A DNA stretch of 32,000 nt from Erysipelotrichaceae bacterium (lineage in GTDB: Bacteria; Bacillota_I; Bacilli_A; Erysipelotrichales; Erysipelotrichaceae). The DNA lies in NCBI GenBank assembly GCA_030604855.1, contig JAUVVC010000007.1, forward strand, positions 1 through 32,000. The letters are read 5' to 3'. The position numbers and the translations under genes were made by a program. The notes beneath the pieces were generated by a model that had not been told where the DNA came from, did not search any database, and saw only the letters and a list, made by a program, of their open reading frames with translations. Below, piece after piece: positions 8,030-15,940 of this stretch; positions within the stretch are counted from its first letter, which is position 1, and each line of letters opens with the position of its first letter.

Positions 8030-9386
8030 CTTTATTTTTTAGATATAGGCAAATCATAACCCCAACAAGTCTTAACCGCAAAGCGTGGCGCATCCTATCA
8101 AACAAGTCAATGTTTGACTCATTCTGCTCGCGTTGGTTGAACTCTTTTGATCATAAACGTAATCAAGCATCCATCTTCACCGAAACTACGACCAAATGCA
8201 TGCATTTCAAGGCATGTCAAAAAGCTCATGAGCATTATAACATAAATCCGATCTTTGTTGCGATGAGCGTACGGTTACGCTCATCGCATGGTTCATGAAA
8301 AATATTCTTTAAGCAAACCGGGTTATATGGAAAACTGAGTGCTTGATCATAATCAGCAGTCTTATTTATCAAATCCCTGGCCAAAGTATGTCCTTCTCGA
8401 TATCAGGATAGACACATGAAGAATCTGATAAGCGGAAGATTAAACTTTGTCCATCATCAAAGCACATCGAATAGAAAATTGTCTACATCTACTTAGACGC
8501 GATCGCGTATCTAAACTTAAGTTATGCACACAATAATCTTCAACCCACACGCATTGCAGTGCGTGTTGATCAAATCCACATGCAATAAACACTCCGATCG
8601 ATCGCTTCAATAGACACATCGGTCGTTTTCAATTCCATTTAAATGAATCTGCACAAAAAAGTTTGTGAAAACTGTGCGATCCGTGGTAAATTGTTACAAA
8701 CAAGGAGTCTTTATGTCCAATAAAACAGTTTACCAAGAAATCTTCAATGTCTTTGTCAAACTTGGTTTCACCTCTTTTGGAGGTCCACCAGCGCGTCTTG
8801 AAACATTCTTGATGCGTGATACATGACCATTGGGAAATACGCATTCCAAGCCAACGACCATATCTTCAATTCCACCATAGAGCGTCGAAAGCTGTCCGAT
8901 ACTACGAGTGGCCACAAGTCCACCCAGTTTCGCAACTGGTTTGGATTGTGGAGAGTGCCCCGTGGTCAGACCTTTGGCACGCACAAGATCTTCTAAATCC
9001 TGAAGACGCACTCCGGCTTGTACCGTTGCTTGCATGTTGTATTCATCAATTTTGATGATTTTATCTAAGTGTTCCGCATCGATGACGATGCTTGACTCAC
9101 ACCAGTTTTCCAAGCCACCTTCAGTTGCGGTCTTGCCTCCTCGGGCGATCACATTAATCTTGTTTTCGTTGCAGAACATCAATACGTTTCTGACTTCTTC
9201 TGTATTTGCTGGATAAACAATGGCTAAAGGCTGAGGAACGTCCAGTACTTTCCGAGCTTTTGCATACTTCTTATAACGATCCGCTGACGCATCGTAAAGA
9301 TCATCCTGATTCGTATTTATTTGATCCAATCCTACGATCTTAAGCAACTCTTCAATTAACTGTTTTTGTTTCATTATTTCCTCCAT
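8030..9386 (-). pseudogene. FAD-linked oxidase (GlcD / D-lactate dehydrogenase-like), frameshifted and decayed in the C-terminal two-thirds
   Basis: The first 218 codons are intact and carry the FAD-binding PCMH-type domain (PLAIVYPANTEEVRNVLMFCNENKINVIARGGKTATEGG...ATVQAGVRLQDLE). Around 8760-8840 homology jumps frame: DIEDFLVNCFIGHKDSL corresponds to the family D(L)xxLFIGSEGTL motif. Downstream there are only short stop-riddled frames. The total span (~1.36 kb) fits a 450-aa family member. The 3' limit is approximate. Confidence 0.7.
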
Positions 9387-9602
9387 TTAAAGCCTTTATT
9401 AATTGTATTCACGCTTACACACACATTTTATGTTTAGAAAATCAACTTGTCAACAAAAATAATGAGAAATTTTACTTTCTAAGCGTTTTCATTTGTTTAT
9501 AATGGAAACTTTTCCTTTTTCTTAGGTATTTCAGTTTCAAGTTGTCTTTACTAAAAGTAAGCACAATGATAGAATTTACGGAGAGAACCACAGAGCCCAC
9601 AC

Positions 9603-10313
9603 ATGATAAATATCAATATCAATAATTTAAATCCACTTGAAAAAGAAATCTACAGTACATTAACCCAGAAGGTGTTGACGATACCCAACATCCGGATCAC
9701 CCAAGCCGCTGAGTACTGTGAATGTTCCATTTCGAAAATATCCAAAGTCGTCAAGAAATTGGGCTTTAGAAACTATAAGCAATTCATGGGTTTTCTGTAT
9801 GGCGAAGAAATATCCATCAACGTAGAATCTTCGGAACTCAAACGCTTAAGACGTTTCATCGATGACTTTGACCCCAAAGTCGTTGATGATTTTATTAAAT
9901 TACTCTCTCAACACGAACGCATCATCCTTTTCGGTTATGGACCTTCCTACATCGTGGCGCAGTACTTGGAATATAAACTGCACACCATCACAAATAAGTT
10001 CGCATTTGCGATGCAAGATGTTTTATCCGTTACAAACATGGCCGACGATAAGAGTCTATTGGTCATTTTCACCGCAACAGGAAGTTTTAAGTCATTTGAA
10101 GATATCTATAAAAATGCAAAAGATAAGGGCTGCACCGTGCTGGTCGTATCAGAAGAATATAATCCCTCATTAATCAATGCATGCGATAACCTTTTCTGGC
10201 TCTCCAGATACAATCAAGCAAGCGATCTCAAGCCACACGAAAAATCGCGAACGATTTTCTTCATTTTTATCGAAGAAGTCATTCGTAAGTTGATGCTTGG
10301 TTCAGCCACCTAA
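9603..10313 (+). CDS. MurR/RpiR-family transcriptional regulator (HTH + SIS domain)
   Basis: N-terminal HTH: LEKEIYSTL...ITQAAEYCECSISKISKVVKKLGFRNYKQF. C-terminal SIS-like domain: RIILFGYGPSYIVAQYLEYKL...LLVIFTATGSF. There is no good SD near the only in-frame start. Confidence 0.8.
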   Translation: MINININNLNPLEKEIYSTLTQKVLTIPNIRITQAAEYCECSISKISKVVKKLGFRNYKQFMGFLYGEEISINVESSELKRLRRFIDDFDPKVVDDFIKLLSQHERIILFGYGPSYIVAQYLEYKLHTITNKFAFAMQDVLSVTNMADDKSLLVIFTATGSFKSFEDIYKNAKDKGCTVLVVSEEYNPSLINACDNLFWLSRYNQASDLKPHEKSRTIFFIFIEEVIRKLMLGSAT

Positions 10314-10345
10314 ATCATAAATAGAGATGTTCCTTATCTAAAACT

Positions 10346-10370
10346 CAAGTTCCAAAGGGAACTTTTTATT
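10346..10370 (+). terminator. Rho-independent terminator after the RpiR-family gene
   Basis: Stem AGTTCC/GGAACT (10348-10353 / 10358-10363), loop AAAG, then TTTTTATT. Confidence 0.65.
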
Positions 10371-10401
10371 CTCCACAGTTGGACCAGCTTAAACAGATGA
10401 A

Positions 10402-10423
10402 TTAATGGAAATCTTTCCATTAA
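10402..10423. promoter_or_regulatory. 22-bp palindrome, candidate operator
   Basis: TTAATGGAAA-tc-TTTCCATTAA has perfect 10-bp arms and lies 35 nt upstream of the MFS promoter -35. A related copy, AATGGAAA-ct-TTTCC, is at 9501-9515. Confidence 0.4.
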
Positions 10424-10457
10424 ATATGTTATATATGTCATAAACTAGAAAATTATC

Positions 10458-10486
10458 TTGACATGAAAAATGTAAGCGTTTACGAT
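10458..10486 (+). promoter_or_regulatory. Sigma-A-type promoter for the MFS transporter gene
   Basis: TTGACA (10458-10463), 17-nt spacer, TACGAT (10481-10486). Confidence 0.5.
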
Positions 10487-10570
10487 GAGAACGACGATAA
10501 CGATTCTTCATTCTATACGTGTTGAACTACATTATGGACAATACTGAAGTCGTACATACATTTTGAAAGG

Positions 10571-11830
10571 ATGCCAATGAACCAAGCACAAATAAAAAAG
10601 TATTTTCAATTATTCTTAGTTGTTTTAGCAGCAGGATCAATTTACCCTTTAATCTTCTTGAGGCAAGGTTATCAAGAAAGCATCTTACAAGTCTTCAATA
10701 TGACTTTGCCGCAATTAAATACCATGTACTCCGTCATCGGACTTGTGTTTGTCTTTGGATATGCGCCCAGTGGTTATCTGAGTGATCTCTTTTCTGCAAA
10801 GAAGTTGCTGGCGTTGTCTCTATTCTTCACGGGCTTAGGCGGTTTATGGTTCGCTCAGATCCCTGATTATGAGTATGTCGTTTTCATCTTTGGTTTGTGG
10901 GGTTTCTTTTCTGTTTTTACCTTCTGGAGTGCGCACATGAAAATAGTTCGACTTTTGGGTGAAAATCATGAACAAGGAAAGTTCTTTGGCATCCTGGATG
11001 GTGGACGCGGATTGGTTGAAGCGATCCTAGCAAGCTTAGCTCTCTTTATATTCTCAGGAATCCTTGGAAGCAGCCTTGAAGTTGTCGATAAACGTGAAGC
11101 CTTGATCGCGGTCATCTACATGTATTCAACGATGTTGTTAGTGGTTTCTGCTTTGGTCATGATCTTCGTACAAGATGATAAGAAGCTCATCAAAGGCAAA
11201 AATGATGCAAAAAATAAATTCCAGTGGTCCTATGTCAAAATGTTGTTTAAAAACAAATTCGTTTACCTGCATGGTGGAATCATCTTCATGGGCTATATTG
11301 TCTTCTGGACGGTTAATTACATTGGTGGGTTCCTCGAAACAAACGTTGGTTTAGATTCCGTCACGGTCGCTTCAATCATGGTTGTGGTCCTCTGGATGCG
11401 TCCAATCGGTGGTTTCTTGGGTGGTTTGCTCGCAGATAAATTTGGACGCACCAAAGTTCAAATCGTCGCTTTAGTCATCGCAAGCACATGTTTGTTGATC
11501 GCAGCGTTATTGCCTGTAAACTTAGGCAAGGATGTCTTCTTCCCTCTTGTCGTTTTGTTGGCCATCTTCCTCTATACGATTCGTGGCACTTACTGGTCAC
11601 TTTTAGGTGATTATAAGCTGGAAGCCTTCATTCTTGGGACCGCAATCGGTGTTGTATCTTTCATCGGTTATCTCCCTGATGTTTTGATTCCAATCGCGAA
11701 TACCTTCTTGTGGAATACATTCGGTCCACAAGCTGGATATAATGCTTACTTTATCGCAAGTGCCGCTTCTGGCTTTATCGGAGTAATTCTCGTCATCGTG
11801 TTTGCTCGTTTAACTAAGGAAAAAGCTTAA
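10571..11830 (+). CDS. MFS transporter
   Basis: About 12 hydrophobic segments with a central charged loop (VQDDKKLIKGKNDAKNKF) and the loop motif GLLADKFGRTK. The ATG at 10577 has better SD spacing (AAAGGA + 5 nt) than the one at 10571. Confidence 0.85.
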   Translation: MPMNQAQIKKYFQLFLVVLAAGSIYPLIFLRQGYQESILQVFNMTLPQLNTMYSVIGLVFVFGYAPSGYLSDLFSAKKLLALSLFFTGLGGLWFAQIPDYEYVVFIFGLWGFFSVFTFWSAHMKIVRLLGENHEQGKFFGILDGGRGLVEAILASLALFIFSGILGSSLEVVDKREALIAVIYMYSTMLLVVSALVMIFVQDDKKLIKGKNDAKNKFQWSYVKMLFKNKFVYLHGGIIFMGYIVFWTVNYIGGFLETNVGLDSVTVASIMVVVLWMRPIGGFLGGLLADKFGRTKVQIVALVIASTCLLIAALLPVNLGKDVFFPLVVLLAIFLYTIRGTYWSLLGDYKLEAFILGTAIGVVSFIGYLPDVLIPIANTFLWNTFGPQAGYNAYFIASAASGFIGVILVIVFARLTKEKA

Positions 11831-11865
11831 TCCACTTCTAATAAATCCAACCAATCGTTAACTGA

Positions 11866-11910
11866 AAAAGAAAACCCTGACTCATTTGTTAAATCAGGGT
11901 TTTCTTTTTT
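11866..11910 (+). terminator. Strong rho-independent terminator (usable in both directions)
   Basis: A 14-bp stem AAAGAAAACCCTGA / TCAGGGTTTTCTTT (11867-11880 / 11894-11907) with T-runs on both strands. Confidence 0.8.
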
Positions 11911-12103
11911 GAAAACGTATATCCGACCATGCTCATAAACTGCATATATATCTCAACAGTTCGTAACAACAGAAGAATAACAACAAATGAAACCCATGCA
12001 ATCTGATCAAATTACCGTGAAACACGTTACACAATGACCGCCGTTCGTGCATCATTAAAAGCAACAGCATCTCTATTCAATACAATAGCGTTTTAATCAA
12101 AAA

Positions 12104-12946
12104 TTAAGGATTACATCTTTCACAATATTGCGCTGGCGAATTCATTCCTTTTGGATTCGTTTCAATGTACCTATGTTTGCAACGATGACAGATATAGATG
12201 TATTCCTTTGCCATTTCACTCGGAAAACCACACATCTCACATGGTAAACCTCTTACGATCTCTTGGATTTGGAACCCTGGAGCTCCGCATTCAGGACACA
12301 TCAACATAAGTTTTTCAACCAAATTCTCAGTCGCTTTTTGAATATTCTTCATACGCGTTGGATTTGCAAATGCGCGCATATCCGTTTCTATGTGAACACA
12401 TTTTGTTTTCGATTTTCTCAGGCATTTTTCATAACTATCTTTTAGTTTGTCATAAGTATCAATGTTTTTTAAAATATACTTTGAATTATTATGATCTGGT
12501 CTCATAATGACAAAATGTTCAGGAAACCCAATTCTGTTTGAAAACTCAAGTGCTTCTTCATAACTCTTAACGATTTTTTCATCACAGTTCGTGTCTGGTC
12601 CTTCATAAATCCCAAAAATTTCTAAATGATCAGACTTATCATAGAATAACACCAATTCGGTATTCCATTGAATGGGTACAAATGGATGGGATCCAAAACT
12701 CCCTTCACTTGAAATACCAATATCACACTTCGAAAGTTTCAATCCTTTCATTATTTTTAGTCGAGCTGTATCGAGTTGTGACTTTGGTCTTTTAACTTCT
12801 CTCGTAAAAGTACCAAGTTTGTCCGTATCAAATCTTTCTTCCACTATTAAATTACAACCTAATGCACTTTCAATAATCGGTCTTATGGCCAATTCTTTTT
12901 TATGCTTTGTTAATAATATAATTTTCTTGTTTCTGTATGTGTCCAT
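12104..12946 (-). CDS. Hypothetical protein: ~215-aa N-terminal domain of unknown function plus a C-terminal double zinc ribbon
   Basis: 280-aa ORF. The C-terminus has four CxxC pairs (CPECG...CEMCG...CHRC...CERC). The N-terminal domain has no motif I can assign. It is monocistronic, with AT-rich flanks. Confidence 0.65.
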   Translation of the reverse strand: MDTYRNKKIILLTKHKKELAIRPIIESALGCNLIVEERFDTDKLGTFTREVKRPKSQLDTARLKIMKGLKLSKCDIGISSEGSFGSHPFVPIQWNTELVLFYDKSDHLEIFGIYEGPDTNCDEKIVKSYEEALEFSNRIGFPEHFVIMRPDHNNSKYILKNIDTYDKLKDSYEKCLRKSKTKCVHIETDMRAFANPTRMKNIQKATENLVEKLMLMCPECGAPGFQIQEIVRGLPCEMCGFPSEMAKEYIYICHRCKHRYIETNPKGMNSPAQYCERCNP

Positions 12947-13804
12947 TTGAATGCGTCAAATCCAAGTATGTTTGAATTGAATTTGTGTCCTTTTCTATTC
13001 GTTTTTCTTTATAGACTATGTCTGATAGCCTAAAGAAAATGCATATATCTTAATACACTTCTTAAAAGATCCAAGACAGGACTTGGATTCTTTCATATGA
13101 ATCCAGAAGAAAGAAATCTCTGATGAAATAGAAGAATGTTGCCAGCCAACTGTACCTTTTATTTTAGAGTAAATAGCTTGAATTGCGTTAAATTCGAAAG
13201 TAATGAATACGAAGTAGACTTCTGTTCCATTCGCAGGAGATTATCCTCTCAAATTTGTGAACATTAATTTGTTACTCACCAATTCTAATCTTAATTTTAT
13301 AAACCGTGATGGATCATATCGTTAATTGTCGATGAAATTCAAGAGCCCTTATTATAGCCATCCATTACAATTCGCTCTAATTATAAAAAATATACAAAAC
13401 TTATGCAAGTAGAGATGTATTCGCGAGAGATGTATTCGATACAATGCAATCTAAAAATAGCACATACCGCAACTGCCTCTGCGATCTCAGCATCTTTCTA
13501 ACTACTACAGTCTCTTATCCTGAACAATATACGCTGTTCTGTTGCAGGGTGATCAAGAAAATTCTGATTGCGCAATACCCCATTCTTACACTCATCGTCT
13601 ATTACCGACATAATGTGCCCCTTTCTATAATTACTGAATTCTTGAATTTAGTTGTTTTCCTAATCAAATTATCGAATTTTGATAAGTTTTATTGAAATTC
13701 CCATTAATGGTTAGATGGACAAAATTGACTCAAATAGAATGGAATAAAATGCATATAAAATATATTCCGTTACCCGGCTATTACCCGGCAGAGTCAAAAG
13801 AGTA

Positions 13805-13828
13805 CAAAAAAAACACCTATTTAGGTGC
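13805..13828 (-). terminator. Terminator after tRNA-Leu
   Basis: Minus-strand stem CACCT/AGGTG with loop AAAT, followed by T8 (plus-strand A-run 13806-13813). Confidence 0.6.
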
Positions 13829-13841
13829 TATTTTAGTACAA

Positions 13842-13924
13842 TGGTGCGCGTGACAGGACTTGAACCTGCATGGTTGCCCGCTAGATCCTAAGTCTAGTGC
13901 GTCTGCCAATTTCGCCACACGCGC
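13842..13924 (-). tRNA. tRNA-Leu (anticodon UAG), encoded CCA
   Basis: Hand-folded cloverleaf: acceptor GCGCGTG/CACGCGC, anticodon arm CTAGA-CTTAGGA-TCTAG, long variable arm, T-loop TTCAAGT, 3' ACCA. Confidence 0.9.
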
Positions 13925-13937
13925 AAAGTGCATTCAA

Positions 13938-13966
13938 ATTATAACAAGCTTTTGAATTCACTTCAA
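13938..13966 (-). promoter_or_regulatory. Promoter for tRNA-Leu
   Basis: Minus strand: TTGAAG, 17-nt spacer, TATAAT. The -10 box ends 13 nt before the tRNA 5' end. Confidence 0.55.
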
Positions 13967-13973
13967 CAGCAAT

Positions 13974-14831
13974 TTACTTATTCTGTCGTACAAATGCAAT
14001 GGATTCCAAACCAGCCACACAACCATCCCCGACTGCTTTCGCAATCTGCATGATGCCAGGTGTACAATCACCGGCCGCGAATAAGCCTGGCACATTGGTC
14101 ATTTGCTTTTCATCCACAATGATCTTATTGTTTTCGACAAGCGCCCCAATCTTCAAGGCGAGATCGGTTGCGGAAGCAGAACCCAAGGCAATGAACAAGC
14201 CCGCAACTTCAACTTCACTGTCATCTTCCAATTGAACCGCTTGGAGACGGTCTGTACCGATGATCTTTTTAACTTTTGTTTTAACAAACTTAACCCGTTC
14301 ATCAAAGTGACCACTTGGTTCTAAACCATTGGTGAACACAATGACTTGTTCCGCCACATTGACCAGTTCATGCGCTTCTTGAGCCGCATAATCGCCATGG
14401 CCTAAAACACCGACAATCTTCTTGCGATAAAAGAACGCATCACAGATCGCACAATACGAAACACCACGACCTTCAAGTTCCTTTAGATTTGGGATACGAA
14501 CGCTTGCCCGTGGAGAGCCTGTCGCAAGAATAACAGCCTTAGCAGTATATTGATTCGTTGTGGTCGTCACATTGAAATCACCCATGTAGTTGATGCCAAT
14601 GACTTCCTCTTCCACTAATTCAATGCCTAAAGCTTTGGCATGGGCATAACCTGCCTCTAAAAGTTCAGGTCCACTGATTTGTGTGAAGCCATAATAATTC
14701 CCTACTTTATCCGTACGAGCCAAAGCGCCGCCATCTTTACCGATGACCAACACATTCAAATTGGCACGTTTGATATAAACAGCAGCCTGGATGCCTGCAG
14801 GTCCTTTTCCTAATACAATCACATCAAACAT
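13974..14831 (-). CDS. Thioredoxin-reductase-like flavoprotein with a CxxC motif but without NADPH-binding motifs
   Basis: 285 aa. FAD motif VIVLGKGPAGIQAAVY, redox motif GVSYCAICDAFFY and C-terminal GLFAAGD are all colinear with E. coli TrxB. The TrxB GGGNTAVEEA and HRRDxxR motifs are replaced here by GHGDYAAQEA and VFTNGLEP. Confidence 0.8.
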   Translation of the reverse strand: MFDVIVLGKGPAGIQAAVYIKRANLNVLVIGKDGGALARTDKVGNYYGFTQISGPELLEAGYAHAKALGIELVEEEVIGINYMGDFNVTTTTNQYTAKAVILATGSPRASVRIPNLKELEGRGVSYCAICDAFFYRKKIVGVLGHGDYAAQEAHELVNVAEQVIVFTNGLEPSGHFDERVKFVKTKVKKIIGTDRLQAVQLEDDSEVEVAGLFIALGSASATDLALKIGALVENNKIIVDEKQMTNVPGLFAAGDCTPGIMQIAKAVGDGCVAGLESIAFVRQNK

Positions 14832-14840
14832 AATGTCCTC

Positions 14841-15257
14841 CTAATCAATGACTTTTGATTGAATCTCAGTAAATTTAAACATCATTTCTTTTTCTAAAGC
14901 TTCTACCGCATCGCGGTAGGTGTTTTCTTTATCCAAATGTGTGGTAATGATCGACACATTTTTCAAATATGAACGGTGTGTAAACAGCCAACTGCGTATC
15001 GGTGCACAGATACGACCTGCATGAATTGGTGCCACCACAATGAGTTGCTCGATATCGGATAGATCGATTGTTTCGGGTTTTAGAGAAACCGAACGTTTCA
15101 GGCTTGCTTTATAGCCCCAATACACATAACGCATGAAGCCTTTAAAATCAATTCTTGATTGAATACGCAAGACTTCCGCTTGCTTATTTTGAGCGATTTC
15201 TTGGGCATAAGCGAAGGCTTTACCCGCATTGGAATATACGACGACACATGTTTTCAT
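14841..15257 (-). CDS. Flavodoxin-like-fold protein (degenerate FMN phosphate loop)
   Basis: The pattern matches short flavodoxin-family proteins: MKTCVVVYS-NAGKA-FAYAQEIA..., then IEQLIVVAPIHAGRICAPIRSWL. The usual S/T-x-T-G-N-T loop reads SNAGKA. The start is the ATG at 15257, 6 nt after GAGGTGG. The gene ends 9 nt before the TrxR-like start. Confidence 0.6.
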   Translation of the reverse strand: MKTCVVVYSNAGKAFAYAQEIAQNKQAEVLRIQSRIDFKGFMRYVYWGYKASLKRSVSLKPETIDLSDIEQLIVVAPIHAGRICAPIRSWLFTHRSYLKNVSIITTHLDKENTYRDAVEALEKEMMFKFTEIQSKVID

Positions 15258-15294
15258 ACGCCACCTCACTGAGTACTATAGCACTTACATTCAA

Positions 15295-15319
15295 GAAAAA
15301 ACAGGGCTTTTAACCCTGT
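15295..15319 (-). terminator. Terminator ending the liv/CBS operon
   Basis: Minus-strand stem ACAGGG/CCCTGT (15314-15319 / 15301-15306), loop TTAAAAG, then TTTTTCTT. It overlaps the stop codon of the CBS gene. Confidence 0.7.
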
Positions 15320-15939
15320 CATTGAATTGAAATGATGTTATAACCGTTCGCTTCAAGAAGCTTACGCAATTTCTTTTGGTCAAGCTCATCACAGCGGAAG
15401 ATGATTTCAGTATCCCGATTCGCAAGGTGCGAAATGGAGATCTTATTGTCCGCAAGAAGCTTGGTTAGTTCCGCAAACACACCGATGCCATCCACAACCT
15501 GAAGTGCAACCCGACTCCCCTTTTGATTGTATCCAAGGATATTCACAAAAGCTTTCAAGATATCACTCGTTGTGAGAATCCCTAAGAGGACATTGGCTTC
15601 CCCCACAACCGGTAGACAACCAATATCTTTCTGTTCCATCACGAAGGCAGCTTCCTCAGCCAAAGCTTCAGGCGAAATCGTAAAGACTTTCTTGATCATG
15701 ATGTCTTTGACCTTGGTCTTTGAGAGCAGATAATTCATCTCATGAATGCTGAGCGTACTCAAGCGTGAAGGTGAATTTTCCGTCACCACACCTTGTGTCA
15801 CCAAACCCACCAGTTTGCCATCACTCACAACCGGAATGCGATGAATTTTGAATTCATGCATCAAGTCCAACACTTCAGAAATCGTTTGATCGGGGTGAAC
15901 CGTTTTGGGGTTCACTGTCATATTATTCTTAACGTACAT
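15319..15939 (-). CDS. CBS-pair + ACT-like domain protein (AcuB-like architecture)
   Basis: Two CBS repeats (MTVNPKTVHPDQTISEVLDLMHEFKIHRIPVV... and IMIKKVFTISPEALAEEAAFVMEQKDIGCLPVV...) are followed by a ~70-aa beta-alpha-beta-like tail. The ATG is 1 nt after the livF stop, with a GGAGG SD inside the livF 3' end. Confidence 0.8.
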   Translation of the reverse strand: MYVKNNMTVNPKTVHPDQTISEVLDLMHEFKIHRIPVVSDGKLVGLVTQGVVTENSPSRLSTLSIHEMNYLLSKTKVKDIMIKKVFTISPEALAEEAAFVMEQKDIGCLPVVGEANVLLGILTTSDILKAFVNILGYNQKGSRVALQVVDGIGVFAELTKLLADNKISISHLANRDTEIIFRCDELDQKKLRKLLEANGYNIISIQ

Positions 15940-15940
15940 A

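Noticed and set aside
8017-8298. A 93-aa plus-strand ORF downstream of the DUF368 gene, and the 83-aa ORF at 13444-13695.
   Set aside because: Both lie in decayed or ORF-free tracts. They have no SD, have odd composition, and are better explained as chance frames. Region 8030-8300 reads more plausibly as the tail of the minus-strand oxidase pseudogene.
9603-9640. AATATC-type hexamer repeat at the 5' end of the RpiR-family gene (encoding MINININN) as a phase-variation tract.
   Set aside because: The repeat unit is a multiple of three and has only 2-3 copies, so slippage would not shift the frame. There is no evidence of variability.
13409-13790. Short tandem repeats (15-bp x2, 11-bp-spaced TTACCCGGC x2) as a possible CRISPR or minisatellite array.
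   Set aside because: There are only two copies each, with no spacer-repeat periodicity and no cas genes anywhere in the window.
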